Below, piece by piece: positions 9,610 through 18,507 of a stretch of DNA of 64,000 nucleotides. The notes beneath the pieces were generated by a model that ran no database searches, was not told the origin of the DNA, and saw only the letters and a list, made by a program, of their open reading frames with translations. Source of the stretch: Gordonia sp. (in: high G+C Gram-positive bacteria) (GTDB lineage: Bacteria; Actinomycetota; Actinomycetes; Mycobacteriales; Mycobacteriaceae). Position numbers and translations under genes: made by a program. How positions within the stretch are numbered: position 1 is the first letter of the stretch; the number at the start of each line of letters is the position of its first letter. The stretch lies in contig NZ_JAAYXO010000014.1 in the NCBI RefSeq assembly GCF_012515855.1, positions 4,472 through 68,471 of the forward strand. The letters are read 5' to 3'.

Positions 9610-10947
9610 GTGGGTAAGACTGGACGAGTGTCGTCAACCTTCGATCACCGACCGCAGTCCGCAGCGGGCCCGACAGTCCCGGCGGGGCTCACCGCGAACG
9701 ACGCTCAACGGGCTCGCGACCTGCGGCGAATGAAGATCGTCGCCACCGGTCTGCTGTTGGGGGCGGCGGTCATCTACTTCGTCATGCGCTGGCTCGAACA
9801 CCGCGACGGACAGGATGTCGCAGCCTGGGTCGGGTACGTCCGCGCCACCGCGGAGGCCGGCATGGTCGGCGCGTTGGCCGACTGGTTCGCGGTCACGGCA
9901 CTCTTCCGGCAACCGCTCGGTCTGCCGATTCCGCACACCGCGCTGATCCCGCGGAAAAAGGACCAGATCGGCGAACAACTCGGCGGCTTCATTCAAGAGA
10001 ACTTCATGACGCGCGAGGTCATCGAGAACCGTGTGCAGTCCCTCGATCTGCCGCGCCGTCTCTCCACCTGGTTCGCCGACCCCGTCAACAAGCCGCGCGT
10101 CAACGACGAGGTCTCCCGAGTCTTCAAGCTGGTGTCGGAGATGCTGCGCGACGAGGACATCGAGCGATTCATCCAAGCGGTCCTCAAATGGGCGGCGGAG
10201 CCGGTGTGGGCGCCGCCGGCCGGACGGATCTTGGAGCAACTCGTCGCCGAAGACCGACTCGAACCGGTGATCCAGCTGGCCTGCGACCGCGCGCACGAGT
10301 GGGCGCTCGGCAGCGCACCGCTGGTCGATCGGGTGGTCGACCGCGACGGCCCGGCGTGGGCGCCGAAGTTCGTCAATCACCTGGTCGGCGACAAGATCTA
10401 CCGCGAACTCACCGAGTTCACCTACAAGGTGCGGGCCGATCCCAACCACGAACTTCGCGTGGCGATGCACGATTTCGTCGCCGACTTCGCGCAGGAACTG
10501 CAGCACGACGACGCCACCATCGCCAAGTTCGAGGGACTGAAGGCGGAACTCCTCGGGCGCGACGAGGTGACGGGAGCGGCGTCCACCGCGTGGCAGGCGG
10601 GCAAGGCCGTCATCGAGCAGATGCTCGACGACCCGGAGTCGACGCTGCGTACCTCGCTCTCGGACGCCGTCGTGCAGTTGGCGGAACGCATCCGAGACGA
10701 CGAGCCGCTGCAGGCCAAGATGAACGGCTGGACGATTCGCGCCGCTCGCCACGTTGCGGACAATTACTCGCCGGAGATCATCTCGGTCATCACCGAGACG
10801 GTGCGCGGGTGGGACGCCGAGGACACGAGTCGAAAGATCGAACTGCAGGTCGGTCGCGATCTGCAGTTCATTCGAATCAACGGCACGGTGGTCGGATCAC
10901 TGGCCGGGCTGACGATCTACACGGTGTCGGTGCTGCTCTTCTCGTAG
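9610..10947 (+). CDS. DUF445-family membrane protein (Rv0473-like); start may be 9628
   Basis: AEAGMVGALADWFAVTALFR...IPHTA and C-terminal GRDLQFIRINGTVVG signatures. Confidence 0.9.
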   Translation: MGKTGRVSSTFDHRPQSAAGPTVPAGLTANDAQRARDLRRMKIVATGLLLGAAVIYFVMRWLEHRDGQDVAAWVGYVRATAEAGMVGALADWFAVTALFRQPLGLPIPHTALIPRKKDQIGEQLGGFIQENFMTREVIENRVQSLDLPRRLSTWFADPVNKPRVNDEVSRVFKLVSEMLRDEDIERFIQAVLKWAAEPVWAPPAGRILEQLVAEDRLEPVIQLACDRAHEWALGSAPLVDRVVDRDGPAWAPKFVNHLVGDKIYRELTEFTYKVRADPNHELRVAMHDFVADFAQELQHDDATIAKFEGLKAELLGRDEVTGAASTAWQAGKAVIEQMLDDPESTLRTSLSDAVVQLAERIRDDEPLQAKMNGWTIRAARHVADNYSPEIISVITETVRGWDAEDTSRKIELQVGRDLQFIRINGTVVGSLAGLTIYTVSVLLFS

Positions 10948-11011
10948 CGTCGTGTGGGATTCACTGTGTCCCAGCGCTTCACCGCACGTCATCCGGGCTC
11001 CGGTCACCTGC

Positions 11012-11027
11012 GCTTGCATCTGCTAGC
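11012..11027. promoter_or_regulatory. 16-bp near-palindrome upstream of the Rv0474-like regulator
   Basis: GCTTGCA-TC-TGCTAGC, with one mismatch between arms. Confidence 0.6.
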
Positions 11028-11069
11028 GCAGGTCGCGGATACTGGAATGGCGGGAGGAGAACAGTTCAC

Positions 11070-11570
11070 ATGACATCCGAGCAGAACCACAGCCGCGAGC
11101 ACGGCGACGAGCATGACAGCGGAACCGTCGACGCCGTGGCGAACGCCGCGCAGGACATCGGCGACTTCATTCGCAGCCAGCGCTTGTCGGCCAAGGTCTC
11201 GCTGCGTCAGCTCGCCGAGCGCGCCGGCGTCTCGAATCCCTACCTGTCGCAGATCGAGCGCGGCCTCCGCAAGCCGTCAGCCGACGTCCTCTCCCAGATC
11301 GCGAAGGGCCTTCGGGTCTCGGCCGAGGTGCTCTACGTCCGCGCGGGCATTCTGGAGGCCCGGCCCGCCAGCCCGGTGCGCGACGCCCTGCTCGCGGACA
11401 ACTCCATCAGCGAACGCCAGAAGCAGATGCTGCTGGAGATCTACGATTCGTTCCGCCGCGAGAACCCGCAAGACGACGTCGAACAGCCTCCGCTCGTCGA
11501 CGGCGCCCCCATCCTGCCGGACGGGGTGATCGAAGCCCTCGGTGCCGATTCGGCACCGCCTACGCCGTGA
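11070..11570 (+). CDS. XRE-family HTH regulator (Rv0474 / MLDSR-like)
   Basis: DIGDFIRSQR...SLRQLAERAGVSNPYLSQIERGLRKPS; GGAGGAG RBS; position after DUF445. Confidence 0.9.
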   Translation: MTSEQNHSREHGDEHDSGTVDAVANAAQDIGDFIRSQRLSAKVSLRQLAERAGVSNPYLSQIERGLRKPSADVLSQIAKGLRVSAEVLYVRAGILEARPASPVRDALLADNSISERQKQMLLEIYDSFRRENPQDDVEQPPLVDGAPILPDGVIEALGADSAPPTP

Positions 11571-11583
11571 TTAAGGTGGAGTC

Positions 11584-11910
11584 GTGAGTACAGCGATCTT
11601 CGTTCACAACGCCCAGGTCTACATCCTGCTGGCGATCACCATCGTCGCCGGCGTCACCTCGACGGTGGCGCTGGTCCATGCGGCCATCACTCGACCCGAC
11701 GCGTTCACCGCAACCGACGCGCAGTCGAAGACCTTCTGGGTGTCGATTCTGGCCGTCTCGACCATCCTGATCTGGGTGGTTCAGGCGGGTTTCGGGATGG
11801 GGCTGATGTTCTTCCTGGCCGCGGTGACCGCGATGCTGGTCTACGTGGTGGACGTCCGGGTCCGGATCGACGGCGTTCTCGGTCGTTCCTGGTTCCGCAA
11901 GAACGCGTAG
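11584..11910 (+). CDS. DUF2516-family membrane protein (Rv0476-like)
   Basis: HAAITRPDAFTATDAQSKTFW and VYVVDVR motifs; three hydrophobic segments. Confidence 0.88.
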   Translation: MSTAIFVHNAQVYILLAITIVAGVTSTVALVHAAITRPDAFTATDAQSKTFWVSILAVSTILIWVVQAGFGMGLMFFLAAVTAMLVYVVDVRVRIDGVLGRSWFRKNA

Positions 11911-11929
11911 AGACGCGGAGTCATCACCG

Positions 11930-12709
11930 GTGAGTGAATACCGCATCAACGACCTCGCCCAGGTGTCCGGGGTCAGCGTCCGAAACATTCGCGTGTACCA
12001 GGATCGCGGTCTGCTGCCGCCGCCGACCATCCGCGGTCGCACCGGCTGGTACTCCGAGGAGCATCTGGTCCGTCTCAATCTGATCTCACGCATGCTCGAG
12101 CGCGGCTACACGTTCGCCACCATCAGCGAACTCCTCCACGCCGCGCACTACGGAATGAAGGTGGAGCACGTGCTGCGCGCGGCCCCCAAGGGGGGCAGGC
12201 TGCGCAGTATCAAGCGCGCCGCGACCATCACCTTCACCGAATTGAAGAAGACCTTGGGCGCCGACGAGCGGGCCATCGGCCTCAGCCAAAAGCTGGGACT
12301 GCTCACCAAAGACGGCACCCACTATGCAATCCGCAACCCGGAAGTGCTCGAAGGCGCCGAGGCGCTGGTCAAGGGCGGCATCGACATCGATGACCTGCTC
12401 GAGCGATGGGTGCGAGTCGAGTCGGATCTGACCGATGTCGCTCGCAGTTTCGTATCCATCATCACCGACCAGTACTTCGACGAGAATCTGCCGGACCTCA
12501 GCGAGGAGAAGTTGGCGAAGATCGCCGAACTGATCCAGACGGTTCGGCCGATGGCTCACGAGATCGTGGAGACGACCTTCAGTCGCGCACTCGACAAGGA
12601 GATCTCTCGCGCGATCGGCGATGCCACCACTTTTTTCGACGCGAAGCAGCGTGAGGCTGCAGGTGACAGTCGGGCGACCGACGGCCGAACGGAAGAGGAC
12701 GACCAATGA
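11930..12709 (+). CDS. MerR-family regulator
   Basis: YRINDLAQVSGVSVRNIRVYQDRGLLPPP...GWYSEEH HTH. Confidence 0.88.
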   Translation: MSEYRINDLAQVSGVSVRNIRVYQDRGLLPPPTIRGRTGWYSEEHLVRLNLISRMLERGYTFATISELLHAAHYGMKVEHVLRAAPKGGRLRSIKRAATITFTELKKTLGADERAIGLSQKLGLLTKDGTHYAIRNPEVLEGAEALVKGGIDIDDLLERWVRVESDLTDVARSFVSIITDQYFDENLPDLSEEKLAKIAELIQTVRPMAHEIVETTFSRALDKEISRAIGDATTFFDAKQREAAGDSRATDGRTEEDDQ

Positions 12710-13785
12710 CGAGCAAGAGCAAGTGGGCAACCACCCGCAAGTGGGGCACGATCGCAGCCGCGGCGTTCGCCGGGGCGACGGCGGCACAGTTCGCGATCAC
12801 CGGCGGAGCCATGCTCCGCGAAGTCTTCAAGTACCCGGATCCGGTCGAGGACGGCGCCGATCCCCGCTTGAACACGCCCACTCACGCGATGCGCTCGTCG
12901 GTGGTCGGGACGCCCGACGGCACCCTGCTGCACGTGGTCGCGTCGGGCGACATCGCCGACTCGGACGAGATCCTGGTCCTGATCCACGGCTGGACCTGCA
13001 ACACCGCGTTCTGGAACGCCCAGTTCAACCATTTCGGCGGCACTCGTCCGGTCGTGGCATACGACCAGCGCGGACACGGCCTGTCGGAGCTCGGTTCGGT
13101 GAAGCCCAGTGTCGAGATGCTGGGGCAGGATCTGCAGGCGGTCCTCGAAGCGATGATCCCGGAGGGCAAGCGGGCCGTTCTCGTGGGTCACAGCATGGGT
13201 GGCATGACGATCATGTCGTGGGCCCAGCAGTTCGGTGCGGGCATGGAGGACAAGGTCTCGGCCATCGTGCTCTGCGCCACGGCGGCCCGCGGCGTGGTCC
13301 AGCGGCAGCACCTGATCCCGGACTCGCTGCCGACCCTGGCCAAGCCGGGCAAGAAGGTGCTGGCGCGGGTCTTCACCTCGGCGCCGTTGCCGCTGCCGGT
13401 GAACTCCCTGACCGCGCGCTTCGAGCACTACGTGTCACTGGGGCCGGTGGCCCGAGCGGCGCACGTCGCGTTCTCCGACCAGATGGTGTCGGCGTGCTCG
13501 CCCACGGCGCGGGGTGCTTGGGGCGCGGCGATGTACCGGCTCGACGTGCTGTCCGGCCTGGACAAGGTGACCGTGCCGACCGTCGTCGTATCCGGTTCCG
13601 CCGACCTGCTGACCCCGCCGAAGCACTCCATCGAGATGGCGAGGGCCCTCAGCAGCCGCGGCTTCCTGCACTCGCACACCACCTACGAGGGCTCCGGTCA
13701 CATGGTGCCGTTCGAGCGCGCGGATGCGTTCAACGCGCTGCTCGACGATCTCCTGGTCGGGGTCAGCGAGGCAACTGGCAGTTGA
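12706..13785 (+). CDS. Alpha/beta hydrolase
   Basis: LIHGW, YDQRGHG, GHSMGG nucleophile elbow, GSADLLTP, GSGHMVP; ATGA coupling to merR. Confidence 0.88.
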   Translation: MTSKSKWATTRKWGTIAAAAFAGATAAQFAITGGAMLREVFKYPDPVEDGADPRLNTPTHAMRSSVVGTPDGTLLHVVASGDIADSDEILVLIHGWTCNTAFWNAQFNHFGGTRPVVAYDQRGHGLSELGSVKPSVEMLGQDLQAVLEAMIPEGKRAVLVGHSMGGMTIMSWAQQFGAGMEDKVSAIVLCATAARGVVQRQHLIPDSLPTLAKPGKKVLARVFTSAPLPLPVNSLTARFEHYVSLGPVARAAHVAFSDQMVSACSPTARGAWGAAMYRLDVLSGLDKVTVPTVVVSGSADLLTPPKHSIEMARALSSRGFLHSHTTYEGSGHMVPFERADAFNALLDDLLVGVSEATGS

Positions 13786-14842
13786 CGAGTACCGGTTCGG
13801 GGTGCAGGTCGACGCCGAAGGCGTCCCGCACCCCGTCCCGGACTCGTCCGGCCAGCGCGAGCAGATCCGCTGTGGTCGCCGATCCGCGGTTGGTCAGCGC
13901 CAGGGTGTGCTTGGTCGAGAGTCTGGCCGCGGCGTCGTCGCCGGGGAAACCCCTGGTGAAGCCGGCGCGTTCGATCAACCAGCCGGCCGACAGCTTGACG
14001 CCGGCGTCCGCCGGATAGCGAGGCACCGCGACGTCGGGGCCGACGCGCTCGGTGATCCGCGCCAGAATGTCGTCGACCTGCGACTCCGGCACGATCGGGT
14101 TGGTGAAGAACGAGCCGGCGCTCCACGTGTCGTGATCGGCGTCGTCGAGCACCATGCCCTTGCCGCGGCGCAACTCCAGCACGCGCTCACGGACTCGTGC
14201 GGCCTCGGCGGTGCCGCCGGGCTCCACGCCGAGCGCGGTCGCCAGTTCGCGATAGGCGATCGGCGCCGACACCCCGTCGGGGTTGAGCCAGAACGACACC
14301 GCCAGCACCACTTCGGCGTCGCGCCCCTTCAGACTGCTGGTGCGGTAGGCGAGGTCGAGCGCGTCGGGACCCACCCATCGGGTCTGCCCGGTCGCTCGGC
14401 TCAGCAGTCGGACCTCACGCAGAATGTCGGCCACCTCGACGCCGTAGGCCCCGACATTCTGTACGGGGGTGGTTCCGGCTGCCCCCGGGATGCCGGACAG
14501 GCACTCCAGGCCGCCGAAGCCCGCAGCGACGGTGTCGGCGACGAGGGCGTCCCAGTCGTTGCCTGCTTCGGCGATCACGTACGGGCGGCCGTCTTCCTCC
14601 GCGTACTCGATCCCGGTCGACGCGACCACCACGGCGGTGCCGTCGAAACCGTCATCGCCGATCACCAGGTTGGAGCCGCCTCCGACGATCAGGACGGATT
14701 CGCCGCGCGAGTCCAAGTCCAGGACCGTCGCCACCAGCGCATCCGTCTCGGTGCACCGCACGATCGCCCGTGCGGGCCCCCCGAGGCGGAGGGTGGTGAG
14801 CGACGCCAGCAGCGGGCCTACGGTCTCGGGTGAATTCGTCAC
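13763..14842 (-). CDS. murB: UDP-N-acetylmuramate dehydrogenase
   Basis: TTLRLGGPA, GGGSNL, GIPGAAGTTPVQNVGAYG, SAGSFFTNP, KHTLALTN; GTG start at 14842. Confidence 0.95.
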   Translation of the reverse strand: MTNSPETVGPLLASLTTLRLGGPARAIVRCTETDALVATVLDLDSRGESVLIVGGGSNLVIGDDGFDGTAVVVASTGIEYAEEDGRPYVIAEAGNDWDALVADTVAAGFGGLECLSGIPGAAGTTPVQNVGAYGVEVADILREVRLLSRATGQTRWVGPDALDLAYRTSSLKGRDAEVVLAVSFWLNPDGVSAPIAYRELATALGVEPGGTAEAARVRERVLELRRGKGMVLDDADHDTWSAGSFFTNPIVPESQVDDILARITERVGPDVAVPRYPADAGVKLSAGWLIERAGFTRGFPGDDAAARLSTKHTLALTNRGSATTADLLALAGRVRDGVRDAFGVDLHPEPVLVNCQLPR

Positions 14843-14849
14843 GCGAGTA

Positions 14850-14859
14850 ACGGTAGCCT
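14850..14859. promoter_or_regulatory. Overlapping divergent -10 hexamers for leaderless murB and DUF2505 genes
   Basis: TACCGT (minus, 14855-14850) and TAGCCT (plus, 14854-14859), each exactly 7 nt before a start codon. Confidence 0.6.
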
Positions 14860-14866
14860 GACTCCT

Positions 14867-15355
14867 ATGTCGAGCAAGTTCGAGCATTCGGTCAGTTACC
14901 CGTGTTCGGTGGCCGCGCTGTGGGCGCAGATCAGCACCGAGCAGTATTGGCACGAGCTGATCCAGGCGACCAACGCCGGTCACGGCTCCGTCGATTCGGT
15001 CGCGATCGACGGGGACACGGTGACGGTGGTGACCACGCAGGGCGTCGGCGCGGAGAACCTGCCGTCGGTGGTCACGGCCGTGCGTCCCGGCGACCTCGAG
15101 ATCCCCCGCACCAGCGTCTTCCGATTGGTCGGAGAGACCATCACCGGATCGATGAAGGCCCAGGTCAAGGGTGCGCCGGCGACGATCGAAGGCGACATCA
15201 CCATCAGTGGCGATCCCGCCGTCGCGAGCTACCTCGGCACGGCCAACGTCGGCATCCCCTTCGTCGGCGGAAAGATCGAGAAGGCCATCATCGAGCAGGT
15301 CGGGCACCTCCTCGACGCCGAGCGCGACGCCACCGTCGAATTTCTGCAGGGATAA
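14867..15355 (+). CDS. DUF2505-family protein (Rv0481c-like)
   Basis: C-terminal VGIPFVGGKIEKAI motif; divergent from murB as in mycobacteria. Confidence 0.85.
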   Translation: MSSKFEHSVSYPCSVAALWAQISTEQYWHELIQATNAGHGSVDSVAIDGDTVTVVTTQGVGAENLPSVVTAVRPGDLEIPRTSVFRLVGETITGSMKAQVKGAPATIEGDITISGDPAVASYLGTANVGIPFVGGKIEKAIIEQVGHLLDAERDATVEFLQG

Positions 15356-15377
15356 ATCTGCCGTTACGCTGTTTCAC

Positions 15378-15890
15378 ATGGCACGACGGCTCAGCTACTC
15401 CGCCCGGTACACGCATCCGGCCGAGACGATCTACCAGGCGCTCTCGCAGAAGAACTACTGGGAAGACCTCATGGAGGGATTCCGCGAGTTGACGCCCATC
15501 TCGAACGTCCACGAGTTCGAGCGAAACGACGACGGCATCCGGGTGACTCTTCAGCAGACCATCACCCGCGACATGCTGCCGCCGATCGCGCAGACCGTGA
15601 TGATGAAGGACATGCTCATCACGCGTGTCGAGACCTACGGATCGTTCGACCCCGCGGGCACCACCGGCACGTACACCGCGTCGATCCCGGCCGGACCGGG
15701 ATCGCTGACCGGTGAGCAGGAGCTCTTCTCGACCGAGACCGGCTGCACGATTCGCAAGACCACCGAGGTCAAGGTCTACATCCCGTTCGTGAACGCCAAG
15801 CTCGAGCAGCTGATGCTGGTGAACCTCGTCGATCTGTTCCGCGGCGAAGCCGAGTTCACCTCGACCTGGGTGCAGGACAAGCTCGCATGA
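15378..15890 (+). CDS. Second DUF2505-family protein
   Basis: MARRLSYSARY...VKVYIPFVNAKLEQ; TACGCT -10 box 7 nt before the ATG. Confidence 0.82.
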   Translation: MARRLSYSARYTHPAETIYQALSQKNYWEDLMEGFRELTPISNVHEFERNDDGIRVTLQQTITRDMLPPIAQTVMMKDMLITRVETYGSFDPAGTTGTYTASIPAGPGSLTGEQELFSTETGCTIRKTTEVKVYIPFVNAKLEQLMLVNLVDLFRGEAEFTSTWVQDKLA

Positions 15891-16675
15891 GCCGGTCCGG
15901 CCTCGCGGCCGGACGTCCCCGCGGGCGGATCACCCGCGGCACCACGAACATCAATCGGCTGCGTCGGGTCGATCGCGCGATGGTGAGCGATCGACGCATT
16001 CGGCAGGCGTTGGCCGTCGCGCATCCGCTGGCGGTTGATCTGGGCTACGGCGGGCGCCCGGACACCGCGGTGGAGATGGCGACCCGGCTGCGGAGCGTCG
16101 TCCCGAATCTGGACATGGTGGGACTCGAGATCGACCCCGAACGCATCGTGCCGCCCCGCGATGGTGTGCGGTTCGCGCTCGGCGGGTTCGAGTTGGCCGG
16201 GCTGCATCCTCACCTGGTTCGCGCTTTCAACGTGCTTCGTCAATACGACGAGGACGAGGTCGCCGCCGCGTGGGCCCAGATGCAGGCCGCACTGGCGCCC
16301 GGCGGGTTGATCGTCGAAGGCACGTGCGACGAGATCGGTCGCCGCTGCTGCTGGATTCTGCTCGACACCGACGGCCCGCTGGAGCTGACCCTGTCGTGGT
16401 CGCCTGCGCACACTCAACACCCCTCCGAGCTCGCGGAACGGCTGCCGAAGGCGCTGATCCACCACAACATCGCAGGCGAAGCGATCCACGCGCTCCTCGT
16501 CGCAGCCGATCGCTGCTGGGACCGGGCGGCCTCGCATGAGACGTACGGACCGCGCGACCGCTGGCGCTACGCCCGCGAGATGATGGTCGACTCGGGGATC
16601 GCGGTCACGATTCCGCGGGGGCGTCGGGTCGACAATCTGCTGTCGGTCCCGTGGGAGTTGGTCGCGCCGAACTGA
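15887..16675 (+). CDS. Putative SAM-dependent methyltransferase (conserved actinobacterial)
   Basis: ITRGTTNINRLRRVDR N-terminus, VDLGYG, GLEIDP, RAFNVLRQY. Confidence 0.75.
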   Translation: MSRSGLAAGRPRGRITRGTTNINRLRRVDRAMVSDRRIRQALAVAHPLAVDLGYGGRPDTAVEMATRLRSVVPNLDMVGLEIDPERIVPPRDGVRFALGGFELAGLHPHLVRAFNVLRQYDEDEVAAAWAQMQAALAPGGLIVEGTCDEIGRRCCWILLDTDGPLELTLSWSPAHTQHPSELAERLPKALIHHNIAGEAIHALLVAADRCWDRAASHETYGPRDRWRYAREMMVDSGIAVTIPRGRRVDNLLSVPWELVAPN

Positions 16676-16735
16676 GCCTGTCGTTCGTTCAGTGGGACCT
16701 GCCAGGATGTCCGATATCGGGTTTACGATTGGCGC

Positions 16736-17662
16736 ATGTCGACCCCAGGCCAGCCCGATAGTGACCCGTTCGGCGAGACGATGTCGCGCCCGCTGCCGAC
16801 CGGCGGTGCAGGCGGGGGCACGCCGCCCCCGTACTCGCTGACGAAGGCCCCGTCGACTGACCAGAGCGGTGCGGTCGACAGCCGAACATCCCAGATCCCG
16901 ACGTCCCAGTTCCCGACGGCCGATTACTCCGACACCCAGTACGCCGTCAGCCCGCACTACTCAAACGAGCAGTACACAGACCAGCATTATTCGGACACCC
17001 AGTACGCGAACACCCCTTACCCGGGGAACCAGCACCCGTCGGGTCCGCCGACGGGCGGCGGCTACCCGGTGTACGGCTACTCGCAGCCGCCGTCGGGAGG
17101 CAACGGCCGCGCCGTGCTGCTCGGCATCGCGATTGCCTGCATCATCGGTCTGGTGGCGGCCGCCGCGGTGATCTGGACCAAGGTCGCGAACTCCGACGAC
17201 GACGTGGTGGCGAACCAACCGGGGACCACCGAGGTGCAGCAGGCCCCCGACACCGTGACCGAGGTGGTCGACCCGACCGCCGACGCGCTGCGTCAACTGC
17301 AGGAGCGCACGGCGTCCGACGCCACGACCATCCGATCGTCGCACGACAATCGATGGGCGGCGCAGATCAGCGCCAAACAGCCCGGTCTCTACGCCGATGG
17401 TCGTACCTGGGATTACCAGTCGATCCTCGCCGAGCACAACACCTCGCGGTCGCGTTATCCGCAGGTGAAGTTGCTGAACTCCAGCGAATGGCCGGTGTTC
17501 TCGCAGCAGAACTGGTGGATCACCGTGTCCGCGCAGAACTTCGCGACCCCGCAGGCGGCGCTGTCCTGGTGCCGCAGCAGCGGCTTCGACCGTGATCACT
17601 GCTTCGCCAAGCTCCTCAGCAGCACCAGTGGGCCGGAGGGATCTACGCTCTATCAGAGGTGA
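16736..17662 (+). CDS. Single-pass membrane protein with Pro/Tyr-rich cytoplasmic N-terminus and an extracytoplasmic disulfide domain
   Basis: TM segment AVLLGIAIACIIGLVAAAAVIW; C-terminal domain ending WCRSSGFDRDHCFAKL. Confidence 0.7.
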   Translation: MSTPGQPDSDPFGETMSRPLPTGGAGGGTPPPYSLTKAPSTDQSGAVDSRTSQIPTSQFPTADYSDTQYAVSPHYSNEQYTDQHYSDTQYANTPYPGNQHPSGPPTGGGYPVYGYSQPPSGGNGRAVLLGIAIACIIGLVAAAAVIWTKVANSDDDVVANQPGTTEVQQAPDTVTEVVDPTADALRQLQERTASDATTIRSSHDNRWAAQISAKQPGLYADGRTWDYQSILAEHNTSRSRYPQVKLLNSSEWPVFSQQNWWITVSAQNFATPQAALSWCRSSGFDRDHCFAKLLSSTSGPEGSTLYQR

Positions 17663-17685
17663 CCGACGCGTCTGAGGGAGTGCAC

Positions 17686-18507
17686 ATGCGACTGGCGATG
17701 GCCCAGATCGGTTCGAGCGACGATCCGGAGGCCAACTTGGCCACCGTCGTCGACCGGACCGCGCGGGCGGCAGCCGACGGCGCCGACCTGATCGTCTTTC
17801 CGGAGGCGACGATGTGCCGATTCGGCGTCTCGCTGCGGAAGGTCGCGCAACCGCTCGACGGGCCGTGGGCCAGCGAAGTCGTTCGAGTGGCCGACGCCGA
17901 GAACATCGCCGTGATGGCGGGCATGTTCACCCCCGCGGACGACGGTCGGATCCACAACACGGTGCTGGTCGCCCGCCCGGGACGCGAACCGGTCGGCTAC
18001 CACAAGATCCACCTGTTCGACGCCTTCGGTTTCGCCGAGTCCAAGACCATCGCTCCCGGCGACCAACCGCTCGTCGTCGACGTCGCCGGGCATCGGGTGG
18101 GGGTCGCCACCTGCTACGACATCCGGTTTCCCGCGCTCTTCGTCGAACTGGCGCGACGCGGCGCCGAACTGATCGCGGTGCCGACGTCGTGGGGATCGGG
18201 CCCGGGCAAGGTGCAGCAGTGGGAGGTGCTGTCGACCGCCCGCGCCTTGGACGCCACGGCGTTCGTGGCCGCGGTGGGGCAGGCCCTGTCCGACGATCCG
18301 GCGATCAGGGATTCCACAGCCCCGACGGGGATAGGTCATAGCCGCCTCTCAGATCCGTTCGGTAGCGTGATCGCCGACTACGATTCTGCGGCGCACACCG
18401 GCGTCCACGACATCGACCTGGGCTTGACACGCAAAGCGCGCGAGGCGCTGGCCGTGCTTGCCAATGCCCGCGAAATTCCCCGACTGGATGGGACCACACG
18501 CATATGA
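17686..18507 (+). CDS. Carbon-nitrogen hydrolase (nitrilase family, Rv0480c-like)
   Basis: E-K-C triad in FPEA, YHKIHLFD and TCYDIRFP; GGAG RBS before ATG 17686. Confidence 0.9.
   Translation: MRLAMAQIGSSDDPEANLATVVDRTARAAADGADLIVFPEATMCRFGVSLRKVAQPLDGPWASEVVRVADAENIAVMAGMFTPADDGRIHNTVLVARPGREPVGYHKIHLFDAFGFAESKTIAPGDQPLVVDVAGHRVGVATCYDIRFPALFVELARRGAELIAVPTSWGSGPGKVQQWEVLSTARALDATAFVAAVGQALSDDPAIRDSTAPTGIGHSRLSDPFGSVIADYDSAAHTGVHDIDLGLTRKAREALAVLANAREIPRLDGTTRI

Noticed and set aside
14867-15890. Tandem DUF2505 pair as a novelty
   Set aside because: The copies are highly diverged and, as I recall, paired copies are common in related genera; this looks like an old duplication.
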